Positions 9,575-20,405 of a stretch of 64,000 nt of DNA are shown here, piece after piece. The DNA comes from Desulfobacteraceae bacterium 4572_35.1 (GTDB lineage Bacteria > Desulfobacterota > Desulfuromonadia > Desulfuromonadales > Desulfuromonadaceae). Location: positions 3,695 through 67,694 of the forward strand of contig NBLX01000005.1 in assembly GCA_002084705.1 (NCBI GenBank), written 5' to 3'. The position numbers and the translations under genes were made by a program. How positions within the stretch are numbered: position 1 is the first letter of the stretch; every line of letters starts with the position of its first letter. The notes under the pieces are model-generated. The model made no database searches and was not told the origin of the DNA. It saw nothing but the letters and a program-made list of their open reading frames with translations.

Positions 9575-10924
9575 TTATGGTAGGCGCATGGTGGCGAAAA
9601 ATAGCCCCTCTCCGCGCTGGATTAATAGCCGGTCTACTTTGCGATGTTTGGATAGGTACTTTTCCAGATCGCTTTTGCTGGCGACAGGTTGATCGTTGAA
9701 TTCGATGATTACGTCGCCGGGTTGTAATTTAGCTTGATTTGCAGCGCCATGTTCCTGAACTGATGTGATAACTATGCCACTGTTAGCCAGTAGTCCAAGA
9801 CGTTCTTGCAACTCGAAGGTGATCTCCATTGTTGTTGCTCCAAGGGGGTTGGCAATTGTGGTAGGAGTAATATTTTTAGCGTCGCCATGGTTTGGTTCAA
9901 CTTTTATGATGCGCTCGATTTTTTCGCCATTGCGAAAGATGGAGATCTCGACCTGATCGCCGATGGCGACGCTGTTCAATATCTTGGGAAGATCGCTGAT
10001 GGAGTTTATTTTGATGTTGTTAAAGGTGACTATTATGTCGCCTCGAAGCAGTTGCGCATGGTCTGCTGGCGAGTCATGGACAACCGAGGTTATCAATGCG
10101 CCTGCTGCGTTGGCAATTTTAAAGGACGTTGCCAGATCCTCTGAAACCTTCTGTATAGTTATCCCCAGCCAGCCACGCTGTACGTGACCCGTTTGTTTTA
10201 GCTGAGGTAAAATACTTTTTGCTGTGTCGATGGGGATGGCAAAGCCGATCCCTTGTCCGCCGGCAACAATAGCGGTATTAATTCCCACAACTTCACCGTG
10301 GCTGTTGAATAGTGGACCGCCTGAGTTGCCGGGATTTATTGAGGCGTCGGTCTGGATGAGATTGTCATAAGGTGCGGCGTCAATAACTCGCCCCTTGGCG
10401 GAGACTATACCGACGGTAACGGTTTGCTCTAGTCCGAAAGGGTTGCCGATAGCTATAACCCACTCGCCAGTTTCCAGTTTACTGCTGTTGCCCAATTTCA
10501 CCGTTGGCAACGTTTTGTTTGATTCTATTTTAACTAAGGCTAAATCAAGGTTTCGATCAATTCCTTTCAATGTGGCGGGATAGGTTTCGCCTCCGGCGAG
10601 TTGAACTTTTATTTCGCTGGCATTATCGACAACATGGTCGTTGGTGAGAATGTAACCATCGCTGGAAATAAGGAAACCGGATCCAAGGGACTCCGTTCTC
10701 TTGTCGCCGAGAAATGTGTTAAAAAACTGATCAAAAAAATTGTTTTTATCGGTGCCATTATCCAGACCTGAAGGATTGTGCCCTTTTTTTGAACTACTGA
10801 TGTTGACCACCGCTGGCTTTAATTGTTTGCTTAAAGCTACGAAATTTGGTACCTGGCTCCATACCAAGGTAGGGAGCAGGCTGAGAGCGGTAACAAATGC
10901 GCAGATACTGTTTATCGGTTTCAT
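9575..10924 (-). CDS. degP: DegP/HtrA periplasmic serine protease with two PDZ domains
   Basis: LTNDHV, QTDASINPGNSGGPL; signal peptide. Confidence 0.92.
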   Translation of the reverse strand: MKPINSICAFVTALSLLPTLVWSQVPNFVALSKQLKPAVVNISSSKKGHNPSGLDNGTDKNNFFDQFFNTFLGDKRTESLGSGFLISSDGYILTNDHVVDNASEIKVQLAGGETYPATLKGIDRNLDLALVKIESNKTLPTVKLGNSSKLETGEWVIAIGNPFGLEQTVTVGIVSAKGRVIDAAPYDNLIQTDASINPGNSGGPLFNSHGEVVGINTAIVAGGQGIGFAIPIDTAKSILPQLKQTGHVQRGWLGITIQKVSEDLATSFKIANAAGALITSVVHDSPADHAQLLRGDIIVTFNNIKINSISDLPKILNSVAIGDQVEISIFRNGEKIERIIKVEPNHGDAKNITPTTIANPLGATTMEITFELQERLGLLANSGIVITSVQEHGAANQAKLQPGDVIIEFNDQPVASKSDLEKYLSKHRKVDRLLIQRGEGLFFATMRLP

Positions 10925-10969
10925 AGTGTAGGTCCAGAAATTTTATGGTCAGAAGTTTAGTGGATAGTC

Positions 10970-12055
10970 TTAGTGTATTGGTGTCGGTGGACCAGCTATA
11001 GGGAGCGTTACTTTGAAGTGGCTGCCCACCCCTTTTGTGGAGTTTACTTCAATTGTTCCGGCATGGGTTTCGACAATCCATTTTACTATCGCCAATCCTA
11101 ATCCTGTGCCGCCTGTTGAGCGGTTTCTATCTTCGTCAGTGCGGTAAAAACGTTCGAATATGTAGGGTAGATGTTCTGCGCTGATACCAATCCCGGTATC
11201 ACTGATAGTAACAATGGCGTTTTCTTCGTCCTGATCGGCTTCAATGGTCACTTCGCCGTGTTCATTGGTGTAGTGAATTGCGTTGGTTAAAAGATTAAGG
11301 AACATCTGACGCAGACGCAGATCGTCACCATAGATGATTATTTCATTGCTGGCATGGTGAACCAGATTCAGTTCAAGCTGTTTATCTTGCGCCAAAGTTC
11401 TCCCTTGCAGATAGATCTCCTGAAGCAGATCAGTTAGGCTTGTCTGTTTAATTGAAAGGGGTAGATCGCCGGACTCGCTTTTGGCGATGGTGAGCAGATC
11501 TTCTATGATCCTCCCCATGCGATCGATCTCTTCCATGTTTGAATTCATGGCAGCACGGAACTCATCACTGTCTTTTGCCCAACGCAGCGCTACTTCCGTT
11601 TCGCCGCGCAATATGGTGAGGGGGGTGCGTAGTTCGTGTGAAGCGTCGCCGGAAAATTGTCGCATTCGCTTGGCGCCGGTTTCCAGGCGTTCGAGCATGT
11701 CATTACACGCTGCGACAAACTGATCGCTTTCGGCACTGTCTCCTATCGAAGTCAGACGCATGTTAAGGTTGTGGATGTTTATTCTGGCACACTTTTGCGT
11801 TAAAACATGTAGTGGAAGCAAGCACTTATGTACTTGATGCCGAAACAGGAGCATTGCCACCAATAATTGTGTTGGAAACAAAGCGATTATTAACAGTTTG
11901 ATTTGCGAGGAATAGTTGTAGAGTGTCGAACCTGGTTCTAGTGATTCCAGTCCAATAAAATAGGTGTAACACAGCAGGGCGCTGACCGTCGATATGACAG
12001 CCAGCGCCAAGATGAAACTGATTATTAGGCGAGAATTTGCCGAATATGACAGCAA
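10970..12055 (-). CDS. Sensor histidine kinase (CusS/BaeS-like) with a very short periplasmic loop
   Basis: FSGDASHELRTPL, NLLTNAI, GGTGLGLAI. Confidence 0.9.
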   Translation of the reverse strand: MLSYSANSRLIISFILALAVISTVSALLCYTYFIGLESLEPGSTLYNYSSQIKLLIIALFPTQLLVAMLLFRHQVHKCLLPLHVLTQKCARINIHNLNMRLTSIGDSAESDQFVAACNDMLERLETGAKRMRQFSGDASHELRTPLTILRGETEVALRWAKDSDEFRAAMNSNMEEIDRMGRIIEDLLTIAKSESGDLPLSIKQTSLTDLLQEIYLQGRTLAQDKQLELNLVHHASNEIIIYGDDLRLRQMFLNLLTNAIHYTNEHGEVTIEADQDEENAIVTISDTGIGISAEHLPYIFERFYRTDEDRNRSTGGTGLGLAIVKWIVETHAGTIEVNSTKGVGSHFKVTLPIAGPPTPIH

Positions 12056-12727
12056 TTAGTCCTCCTTAAGGACGTAGCCGACACCGCGAATGGTGTGGAT
12101 AAGTTTTTTACTGTGATCTTTATCAACTTTTTTACGTAGATAGTTTACGTAGACATCTATGATGTTTGTGAATGAATCAAAGGTGTAGTCCCATACATGT
12201 TCGGCAATCATTGCCCGTGTTAGCACCTGATTAGGATTACGCATGAAATATTCGAGCAAACCATATTCCTTGGTAGTCAGGTCGATCTCTTTTTCTCCGC
12301 GCCATACTTTGTGGGTTACCGGATCAAGGCGCAGATCAGCGAAGAATACTTCGGCACCACGATCTTGTGCGCCACGACGTACCAGCGCTTTCACCCGTGC
12401 CAACAGTTCCGCAAAGGCGAAAGGTTTGGTCAGGTAGTCGTCGCTGCCGCTATCCAGTCCGGCGACAATATCCTCTACGCTGTCTTTGGCAGTCAGGCAC
12501 AAAACTGGGGTGTTTATCTCTTTGGCACGCAGTTCTTTAAGAACGGTGAGACCATCTTTTTTAGGTAACATAATGTCCAGGAGGATCAAGTCATAATGGT
12601 TTGATTCTGCTTTTTCCGATCCCTCTTCGCCATTAACGGCTATTTCTACGGTAAAACCTTCCTCTTCAAGACCGCGCTGAATAAAGCTGGCGACTTTCTT
12701 TTCGTCTTCTACGACCAGGATGTTCAT
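12056..12727 (-). CDS. OmpR-family response regulator (CusR-like)
   Basis: ILVVEDE, DDYLTKPF, IHTIRGVGY. Confidence 0.93.
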   Translation of the reverse strand: MNILVVEDEKKVASFIQRGLEEEGFTVEIAVNGEEGSEKAESNHYDLILLDIMLPKKDGLTVLKELRAKEINTPVLCLTAKDSVEDIVAGLDSGSDDYLTKPFAFAELLARVKALVRRGAQDRGAEVFFADLRLDPVTHKVWRGEKEIDLTTKEYGLLEYFMRNPNQVLTRAMIAEHVWDYTFDSFTNIIDVYVNYLRKKVDKDHSKKLIHTIRGVGYVLKED

Positions 12728-12851
12728 TTGTCTTTATCTCCTTTATCTGAATGTAAGAATGTAAACGTAGTGAACGTTTTTAAATATTAGCTAAATATTT
12801 TTGACTATGACGATGATTGCAATGTTCGGTATTGCTGTATTTTGTTATCTA

Positions 12852-13676
12852 TTATTTAAGTTTTAATTTGATCAGAACTTCATTGGCGGTTTCTTCCACA
12901 GCTTTGCCGGTGACATTTACTATCGCCCATTTTTGTTTGCGAAAAAAAGTTTTAGCTTGTTTTAGCTCTGTTTCAACCTGTTCAAAGTCGGCATACGCAG
13001 TGCGAGGATCCTGCCCCAGATTGCGCAAACGTGATGCGCGTAATTCCACTAACCGTTCGGGATTAATCAGCAGCCCAACAACTCTTTTGTGCTCCAGTTG
13101 TAACAACTCTTGCGGTGGATCTATTCCGCTGACCAGTGGAATATTTGCCACCTTCCAGCCACGATGTGCCAGATATATAGACAGCGGTGTCTTACTGGTA
13201 CGCGAAACTCCAACCAGAACAATATCTGCATTATTCAAGAAGCGTGTCTCTTGGCCGTCATCATTGCGCACGGTAAACTCAATAGCGTCGATGCGGCGGA
13301 AATACTCATCGTCGACACCGTGTAGTAGCCCCGGAGTTTCGTTTGGTGTTTGACCTAAGAATTCCGAGCAGCGTAATAGCGTTGGTGTCAGAATGTCCAC
13401 ATTTGTTAATCCTAGCGCTTCACATTCGTCATGAACCAGTCGTGATAATTCACGATTAACAATGGTAAAAATAACTAGCGCATGTTCTGTCGCTGCTGCA
13501 TCAAGAGCTTCATAAACATGATTCTTTGTGCGTACATTGCTAATCCGATTCAGCTGGACAGAAACATCGCCAAACTGTGTTAACGCCGCATTGACTAGGT
13601 TTTCGGCTGTTTCACCTGTAGCATCTGACAAAAGAAAAATACTTTTGGTTGCCATGCCGGTTAGTTTCTGCTCCAT
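12852..13676 (-). CDS. PEP synthase/pyruvate phosphate dikinase regulatory protein (DUF299)
   Basis: [32 protein letters not shown]. Confidence 0.92.
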   Translation of the reverse strand: MEQKLTGMATKSIFLLSDATGETAENLVNAALTQFGDVSVQLNRISNVRTKNHVYEALDAAATEHALVIFTIVNRELSRLVHDECEALGLTNVDILTPTLLRCSEFLGQTPNETPGLLHGVDDEYFRRIDAIEFTVRNDDGQETRFLNNADIVLVGVSRTSKTPLSIYLAHRGWKVANIPLVSGIDPPQELLQLEHKRVVGLLINPERLVELRASRLRNLGQDPRTAYADFEQVETELKQAKTFFRKQKWAIVNVTGKAVEETANEVLIKLKLK

Positions 13677-13981
13677 TGTTATCGAGGCTGTTCTGAATAT
13701 TTGCCTTCATTAGACTAATATTATTGACTCTATCATTTATTGTTAGAACTGCAAGCTCAATTTTGTGACATATCAAAAATTCTTAGCTATGCCGGATAGA
13801 TATCTATTGAAGACTTTGCTGCTCAGTAGACTATTCTGTTTAAAGTTGCTGCAATATGGTATTTTTGCATCATGTACGGTATTTGTACTCATTAGTGGTG
13901 CGTAAGAATATAAGCCTAATGGTTAGGTTGTTGTCAAGGTTTTTTATTGCCTTTATCGGGTAGCTTTGTTACACAAGCGCA

Positions 13982-15517
13982 ATGACTGAAAAATGGTACG
14001 AAATATTGATAGATGTCCCTGTCGCTGCTGCCGATTTACTCTGCTATCACCTCAATGATCTTGGCAGCGTCGGTGTAGTTGTTGAAGAGCGTGATCTGGA
14101 TACGTTTATTCCTCCAGACCCGGATGAAACCGATGGTGATAGTTTTACCGTCAAGGCTTACTTTGCCGCTGGCGTAAACATGCCGATGCTGCGCCTGCAA
14201 ATTATGGATTGTCTTCGGGGTATGTCTTATGAGTTTCCGCAGTTAGATAAGGTGGATATTCGAGTTGGTGAGATCGGCCAACAGGATTGGGCGGAGGATT
14301 GGAAGCAACATTTTAGCACCACTCATATTGGTTCCAGGTTGATTATAAAGCCGAGCTGGGAGGAATACACACCGAAAGCAGATGATGTGGTGGTTACCCT
14401 TGACCCCGGTATGGCATTTGGTACCGGAACACATGGGACAACCCATTTATGTTTGCAGATGCTGGCGCAATTGTTTGTCGCTGAGGCAGGATGTGCAGCG
14501 CCTAGACGGGTGCTGGATGTAGGAACTGGTTCTGGAATATTGGCAATCGCAGCGGCGGCGTTGGGAGCACAAGAGGTGGTTGCTTGCGATATTGATCCTC
14601 AGGCTTGTGTTACTGCGCGAGAAAATATTATTCAGAATGGCTGCGAAGAAGTAATTAGCGTTACAGATAGTTTGCTCGAAGAGTTGGGGTACGATTTTGA
14701 TGTAATTCTGGCCAATATACTGGCAGAGGAAAATATCCGTTTGGCGGTGCCGCTACTTGAGCGTTTACAGAGTTTGTTGTGTCAGGTTGCTGTTGGTGAT
14801 GAAATTATTCTTCCTAAAGAGGTTCGTCATCATGTTAAAACTGTGCTGCGTTTAGCAAAGGGTAGTGAATTATTGCTCGGCGATGGTCAAGGTAGCTGCT
14901 GTCGTTGCTCTCTTGCGCGGCTCGACGGTGATGTAGTGGCAGTCGTCAACGAGTGTAGTTTTAATGAGCAAACTGCTTTGCCTGTGGAATTATTTCAGGG
15001 ATTGCCTGGTGGTGATAAATTTGAGCTGGTGTTGCAAAAAAATACAGAACTTGGTGTGTCCAGGTTTTATCCGTTGGTGACGGAACGCAGTCAATTTAAG
15101 GTGCCGGGACATAAGCTGGATCGCAAGATGGAACGCTGGCAGCGCATTGTCAATGAGGCCGCTCGCCAATCACAACGGGCGTGGCTGCCCTGCGTTGAGA
15201 GGCCTGCCGCCGTTGCTCATGGTTTGGCTCAGAGTAATGCCGAATTAAAATTGTTATTGTGGGAACAAGGCACTCGGCCCCTAAAAACTGTGCTGCCGTC
15301 TAATACCCCTGCTGGTGTGGCTGTTTTTATTGGTCCCGAAGGTGGTTTAACCAGCGCCGAGGTCGACGTGGCGCAGAAAAGTGGTTTTATTCCGGTCAGT
15401 ATGGGGCCACGCATTTTGCGTACTGAAACTGCTGGATTGACCATTGCTGCAATTTTACAATTTCAATATGGCGATTTCGATCTGTTGCCGGAGCATCATC
15501 TGACCCCTCCGATTTAG
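13982..15517 (+). CDS. prmA: In-frame PrmA'-'RsmE fusion (L11 methyltransferase truncated, joined to 16S m3U1498 methyltransferase)
   Basis: DPGMAFGTGTH and VLDVGTGSGIL (PrmA), then HVKTVLR, EAARQS, IGPEGG and ILRTETA (RsmE); junction near 14770. Confidence 0.85.
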   Translation: MTEKWYEILIDVPVAAADLLCYHLNDLGSVGVVVEERDLDTFIPPDPDETDGDSFTVKAYFAAGVNMPMLRLQIMDCLRGMSYEFPQLDKVDIRVGEIGQQDWAEDWKQHFSTTHIGSRLIIKPSWEEYTPKADDVVVTLDPGMAFGTGTHGTTHLCLQMLAQLFVAEAGCAAPRRVLDVGTGSGILAIAAAALGAQEVVACDIDPQACVTARENIIQNGCEEVISVTDSLLEELGYDFDVILANILAEENIRLAVPLLERLQSLLCQVAVGDEIILPKEVRHHVKTVLRLAKGSELLLGDGQGSCCRCSLARLDGDVVAVVNECSFNEQTALPVELFQGLPGGDKFELVLQKNTELGVSRFYPLVTERSQFKVPGHKLDRKMERWQRIVNEAARQSQRAWLPCVERPAAVAHGLAQSNAELKLLLWEQGTRPLKTVLPSNTPAGVAVFIGPEGGLTSAEVDVAQKSGFIPVSMGPRILRTETAGLTIAAILQFQYGDFDLLPEHHLTPPI

Positions 15518-15531
15518 GTATAAATGGTTCT

Positions 15532-16359
15532 ATGCGCTGTCCTCAATGTGGGTATAACAGCTATGAAGCTTTAAAGCGCTGTAAAAAGTGTGGTGCTATG
15601 TTGCGCCCGCTACAGTTGCCTGAACGGTCTAAGATGGCAGCCACTATGGAGGTAACTACAGAAGTATCTGCTGAAAAATCAGTTTATGGTCAAGTGGGTT
15701 TGCAACAAGATGCTGCGGCAGAAAAAAAAGTAAAACCTTTCCCCCAATTTCTACTGGAACCAGATGATCACACCCCCTTTTTCTTGCACTTGGACGAGAA
15801 CGCACAGCCTGTTGATGAAAAAGAACAGTGTTCGGTCTCAGCAATAACCGGCGCTAGTGATCGTGTGCCATTACTTCGCCGTATTTTGGCAACGGTACTG
15901 GATTATATGGTGATGGTGGAGATCTGGTACGCATTTGTTTTAGTTGGTGCGTGGGTAGCACATCAGCCTGTTAATGTGTTTACCGATTATTTGTTTGCTC
16001 AAACAGCCATGCGTATTTGCTATTACTTCTTGGCGGTTACCATTATCATAAGTTATTTTACCTTGTTGCACTGTTGTTATGGGCAAACTCTTGGCAAGAT
16101 GCTGTTAGGCTTTCAAGTGGTTGATGAGGATGGGAATCCTCCGACAATTAGTCAGGCGCTGCTGCGCTCAGCTGGAGGAATATTGGCTCTGTTATGCGTT
16201 GGCTACGGTTATTTGACTATTATATTTGATTCCGCCGGTCGTGGCTGGAATGATCGTGTAGCAGGGACGCAGGTGGTAGCTGTAAGTAAATTGGTGTCAC
16301 CGATGAGGGAAGATGTTGCGCTTGAGGAACTTGGCGACGAGATAAAGTCAGAGCTGTAG
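15532..16359 (+). CDS. RDD-family membrane protein with N-terminal zinc ribbon
   Basis: CPQCG...CKKCG; RRILATVLD, GQTLGKML, RGWNDRVAGT. Confidence 0.85.
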   Translation: MRCPQCGYNSYEALKRCKKCGAMLRPLQLPERSKMAATMEVTTEVSAEKSVYGQVGLQQDAAAEKKVKPFPQFLLEPDDHTPFFLHLDENAQPVDEKEQCSVSAITGASDRVPLLRRILATVLDYMVMVEIWYAFVLVGAWVAHQPVNVFTDYLFAQTAMRICYYFLAVTIIISYFTLLHCCYGQTLGKMLLGFQVVDEDGNPPTISQALLRSAGGILALLCVGYGYLTIIFDSAGRGWNDRVAGTQVVAVSKLVSPMREDVALEELGDEIKSEL

Positions 16360-16428
16360 GAGCCTGTCGATAGCCCCTAGTGATGTGAGCAGCCTGAAAA
16401 TGAAAATTCGACTACGGGAGATAGCGGG

Positions 16429-17274
16429 ATGAAGTTCGTTAAAATGCATGGCGCCGGAAATGATTATGTTTATGTCGATTGTTTCAACCAGTGCGTTGAT
16501 GACCCTGCTCGATTGGCTCGTGAGGTCAGTTCGCGCAACTTCGGAGTTGGTTCAGACGGTCTGATCCTTATTTTGCCATCTGGGTGTGCTGATGCCAGAA
16601 TGAGAATCTTTAACGCCGATGGCAGCGAAGCGGAGATGTGTGGCAACGGAGTGCGCTGTGTTGCTAAATATGTTTACGACCACGGTATTGCCCACCGCGA
16701 TCATCTCCATATCGAAACCAACTCCGGCGTGTTGGCATTGCAGCTTTTTACCGACGCACACGATTTGGTTGAACGGGTACGGGTAGATATGGGCGAACCA
16801 CGCTTGCAGCGTGGTAAAATTCCGATGTTGGGTGATGCTGATAGCAATGCCTTAGGTGTTGAGTTGGAGGTTGGCGGGCGAAATTTTAAGGTGAGTTGCC
16901 TCTCTGTCGGCAATCCACACTGTGTGGTATTCGTTGATGACGTGGATAACTTTGATGTGCACCAATGGGGAGAGCAGTTGGAAAACCATCCCCAGTTTCC
17001 GCAGCGGATAAATGTTGAATTTGTTCAAATTGTTTCAAGAAATGAAGTGTGTCAACGAACTTGGGAGCGTGGCGCCGGTGAAACTCTTGCCTGTGGAACA
17101 GGCTCTTCCGCCGTTACCGTTGCCAGCTTTTTAGCTGGATATACTGAGCGCAGGATTGTCAACCATCTGCGTGGTGGTGACCTGGAGATGGAGTATTCCG
17201 AAGCAGGAGTCATTTATATGACTGGTCCAGCGACAGAAGTGTTCAGCGGTCAGTGGCCTGAGAAGCAGGTTTAG
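16429..17274 (+). CDS. dapF: Diaminopimelate epimerase
   Basis: KMHGAGNDY, EMCGNGVRC, ERGAGETLACGTG. Confidence 0.97.
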   Translation: MKFVKMHGAGNDYVYVDCFNQCVDDPARLAREVSSRNFGVGSDGLILILPSGCADARMRIFNADGSEAEMCGNGVRCVAKYVYDHGIAHRDHLHIETNSGVLALQLFTDAHDLVERVRVDMGEPRLQRGKIPMLGDADSNALGVELEVGGRNFKVSCLSVGNPHCVVFVDDVDNFDVHQWGEQLENHPQFPQRINVEFVQIVSRNEVCQRTWERGAGETLACGTGSSAVTVASFLAGYTERRIVNHLRGGDLEMEYSEAGVIYMTGPATEVFSGQWPEKQV

Positions 17275-17277
17275 TAT

Positions 17278-17967
17278 ATGCGGGCGATATTGTTTGACCT
17301 CGATAATACTCTCTACGGTTCTGAACGGGCGCTGTTCAGTTTGATCGATGTTCGTATAAATTATTACATGCATCACATGGTTGGAATCGCGGCTGAGGAT
17401 GTTGATATTCTGCGCCGTCGTTATTGGCGACAATATGGGGTAACTTTGCAGGGATTGATACGTGAATACGCCGTTGATCCCGAGGATTACCTCAACTATG
17501 TGCATGACATCGATGTCTCCAGCCGTTTGCAGCATAACCTCCCTCTGCGTACCATGTTGCAAGAACTGCCTCAGCGCAAGTTTGTTTTTACCAACGGCAG
17601 TTACGATCATGCTTGCCGAGTGCTTAACTGCCTGAATATCGATGATTGTTTTGAACATATTTTTGATATCCGCTGTGGAGATTATATCCCCAAGCCTAAC
17701 CGTAAACCCTACGATGTAGTACTTAACTCCACGGGGTTAACTGGAGAGCGGTGTGTTATGGTTGAAGACTCATTGGACAATCTGGAGACTGCGGCACAGT
17801 TAGGAATGAAAACCATTTTGGTGAGAACATGCGCCGCTGGGGTACCCGTGTCGGATAAAAGTTCAGAACATGCTTTTGCTACTGCGGTAGACGGGAAGCA
17901 GCTGGATGCCGTAGTTGATTGTGTTGAGCAAGTGGGATCAGTTATCCAGGGGTGGATGGAAAAATAA
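17278..17967 (+). CDS. HAD-family pyrimidine 5'-nucleotidase
   Basis: [19 protein letters not shown] motifs. Confidence 0.88.
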   Translation: MRAILFDLDNTLYGSERALFSLIDVRINYYMHHMVGIAAEDVDILRRRYWRQYGVTLQGLIREYAVDPEDYLNYVHDIDVSSRLQHNLPLRTMLQELPQRKFVFTNGSYDHACRVLNCLNIDDCFEHIFDIRCGDYIPKPNRKPYDVVLNSTGLTGERCVMVEDSLDNLETAAQLGMKTILVRTCAAGVPVSDKSSEHAFATAVDGKQLDAVVDCVEQVGSVIQGWMEK

Positions 17968-18416
17968 TGAGAGCGGTAATTCAGCGGGTAAGTCGAGCTC
18001 AGGTTACGGTAGAGGATCGTGTAAGTGGTGCTATAGAGCGTGGTGTAGTGGTGCTGCTTGGGGTTGCCGATGGTGACAGTGAGCAGGACGCGAGTTATTT
18101 AGCCGATAGAATAATAAATTTGCGTATTTTTGAGGATGATGCTGGCAAGATGAACTTGTCGTTGGCACAAACCTCTGGCGAAGTGTTGGCGGTGTCGCAA
18201 TTTACTTTGCTGGCGGATTGTCGTAAGGGTCGGCGACCAGGTTTTTCTCAGGCGGCAGTGGCTCCAATTGCCAGACAATTATACGATTTTTTCGTCGAAC
18301 AGGTTCGTGCGCGTGGAGTTGATGTGGCCTGTGGTGTATTTCAGGCCGATATGCAGGTTGAGCTGGTTAATGATGGTCCGGTGACCATGTTGCTTGATAG
18401 TCGTAAGGAGTTTTGA
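17967..18416 (+). CDS. dtd: D-aminoacyl-tRNA deacylase
   Basis: [19 protein letters not shown]. Confidence 0.96.
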   Translation: MRAVIQRVSRAQVTVEDRVSGAIERGVVVLLGVADGDSEQDASYLADRIINLRIFEDDAGKMNLSLAQTSGEVLAVSQFTLLADCRKGRRPGFSQAAVAPIARQLYDFFVEQVRARGVDVACGVFQADMQVELVNDGPVTMLLDSRKEF

Positions 18417-18964
18417 TGGTGGTAAAAGGGGAACATCTGAATTTTTCTGATGAAGAGTGTGGCGACAAGGAACAGCCTTCGACACCTAGCCGCTCAGCGC
18501 GTAAACGTGAGGCCAAGGAGGTTGAACATCTGGCTCTTGCCTTGGTTGAATTGTCTGCTGCCGAATTTAATCGCCTGCCAACTCACACAGATGTTTTGGC
18601 AGAATTGACTAAGGCACGGGCAACTAAGGGCCATGGTGCGCGCAAACGCCAGTTGAAATTTGTTGCAGGGATGTTGCGCCGTGATCTTGAGGCTGCGGAG
18701 CAGTTGCGTGCTTTTGTTGCTGGGGAGCATCAGCAGCAGCGTGATGAACGTCGGCTTAATCATCAGTTGGAGCGACTACGGGATCAGTTGTGTGAGCCAA
18801 GCACACGCCAGCAGGCTCTGGAACAGGTAGCTGAATTGTTTGCAGCGATAGATATGTTGGAGTTAAGGCGCTTGTTGGATAGATATCACGGAGCTGATGA
18901 TAAAAAAAATTATCGCCAGATTTTTCGTTGTTTGCGTGCTGGTAGTGAAATTGCTAACGATTAA
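18416..18964 (+). CDS. yjgA: Ribosome biogenesis factor YjgA/DarP (DUF615)
   Basis: SRSARKRE, ARKRQLKFVAGMLR, RQIFR. Confidence 0.85.
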   Translation: MVVKGEHLNFSDEECGDKEQPSTPSRSARKREAKEVEHLALALVELSAAEFNRLPTHTDVLAELTKARATKGHGARKRQLKFVAGMLRRDLEAAEQLRAFVAGEHQQQRDERRLNHQLERLRDQLCEPSTRQQALEQVAELFAAIDMLELRRLLDRYHGADDKKNYRQIFRCLRAGSEIAND

Positions 18965-19076
18965 GTTGTGTTTTTGGCATGTTTGAATTAAGGCTGGTAT
19001 GAAAAAGCCCGATCTCCAGTCAGAGGTGTTTGTGGCTGGTGTTGATCGGGTTTTATCATAAATTTTACTTTACAGT

Positions 19077-19406
19077 TTACAGCGCTTTGTTGATCAGTTC
19101 TTCAAGTTGACTTTTAGAAACAGCGCCGACTAGTTGGTCAATGACTTGACCGTCCTTGAACAGGATTAAAGTTGGAATGCCGCGGACCCCGAATTTGCCC
19201 GGAGTGTCAGGGTTGTCATCGACATTTACTTTGCCGATCTTGACTTTTTCTCCGTACTCGTCGGCGACGGTGTCAATTGTTGGCGCTATGGCTTTACATG
19301 GTGCACACCATGTTGCCCAGAAATCTACTAAAACAGGGGTGCTGGAGTTTATAACTTCAGTTTCAAAATTACTGTCAGTGAACTCAAGAACATTGTCGCT
19401 TGCCAT
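19077..19406 (-). CDS. trxA: Thioredoxin
   Basis: DFWATWCAPCK, GIPTLILFK; start MASDNV. Confidence 0.96.
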   Translation of the reverse strand: MASDNVLEFTDSNFETEVINSSTPVLVDFWATWCAPCKAIAPTIDTVADEYGEKVKIGKVNVDDNPDTPGKFGVRGIPTLILFKDGQVIDQLVGAVSKSQLEELINKAL

Positions 19407-19659
19407 TAGAAAAATCCTTTCAATATAGGGGTTATTAAACACATGTCTAGGTTGATATAGTGTCTTTTTTCTTGGGTTATGGTAAAAACGAGCCAAATAA
19501 AATTATCGCTTTTAATATGTTGTTATTGCAATGTCAACCCCCCAAGTTGAGAGCATAGTACTTAAGTTATAGGATAGTTTTGGCAGTTCCCATTTCAAAA
19601 GTAATTTTTATAAGTGCTTACGCTATTATCTATAGAATTTTATAAAGGCTATCAGAGCT

Positions 19660-20235
19660 ATGTCAGAAAGTAAACTTTTTACACTGTATCAGGATCATAG
19701 CGAAACCCTGGAGCAGTCTTTGGCTATTAATGCCGATAGGCTGGAAGGATATGCTAAAACCTTGGCTGAAGCCCTTGCTTCTGGGCAAAAATTGATTATT
19801 GTTGCCAGTGGTTTCTTGGCCGGAGTAGCTGCAACCTTGAACAATGCTTTTCTCTATCGGTTGGAGGTTGAGCGACCATCACTGCCGGTGGTGACGCTGG
19901 ATCACAACTATGGTCTGGCTGCAACCATGAGTTCTGATGGTAATTATGAGCAGTTTTTTGATTGTCAATTGGCTGCTCAGGCAAGTGTTGGGGATCATGT
20001 TCTTATTCTCGATAGCTCGGCGGATGCGGCATTGATGGCGGCATTGAAGAGTGCAATTCAGCTTGATTGCAACACCGCGGTGATTAGTTATGCCGATGAA
20101 AATAGCTGGAAAAAAGAGAATCCAGACTTAATGTTTCCTATTGTCTCATCAGCGCCGGCACGCGGCGTAGAAGCGGTGCTGTTTCTCGGTTTAGTGCTGT
20201 GCGAAATGGTTGAGGCTGAGCTGTTTGGTTTTTAA
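19660..20235 (+). CDS. SIS-domain protein (GmhA/DiaA-like, degenerate)
   Basis: ERPSLPVVTL and overall GmhA-like layout, but no GNGGS motif. Confidence 0.65.
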   Translation: MSESKLFTLYQDHSETLEQSLAINADRLEGYAKTLAEALASGQKLIIVASGFLAGVAATLNNAFLYRLEVERPSLPVVTLDHNYGLAATMSSDGNYEQFFDCQLAAQASVGDHVLILDSSADAALMAALKSAIQLDCNTAVISYADENSWKKENPDLMFPIVSSAPARGVEAVLFLGLVLCEMVEAELFGF

Positions 20236-20291
20236 CTTGATTGTTGTGATTGTTGATGTGGTTCTTAGGCGTTAATTGCTCCGGAAAACCA

Positions 20292-20321
20292 TTGACAGTG
20301 ATTTGTTTGCGCGCCTAGAAT
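20292..20321 (+). promoter_or_regulatory. sigma70-type promoter for the ccs-hem operon
   Basis: TTGACA-N18-TAGAAT. Confidence 0.6.
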
Positions 20322-20405
20322 GCCGGTTTGGTCGATGGGGATGGCGCGGAGTGTTGATCTCCCTCAATTTATTGAGTTAGATATTATGGGAACCGAAGGG
20401 ATATT

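Noticed and set aside
10970-12055. Short sensor kinase as a fourth deletion
   Set aside because: Two TM helices with a short loop is a known intramembrane-sensing layout, and no conserved motif is visibly cut
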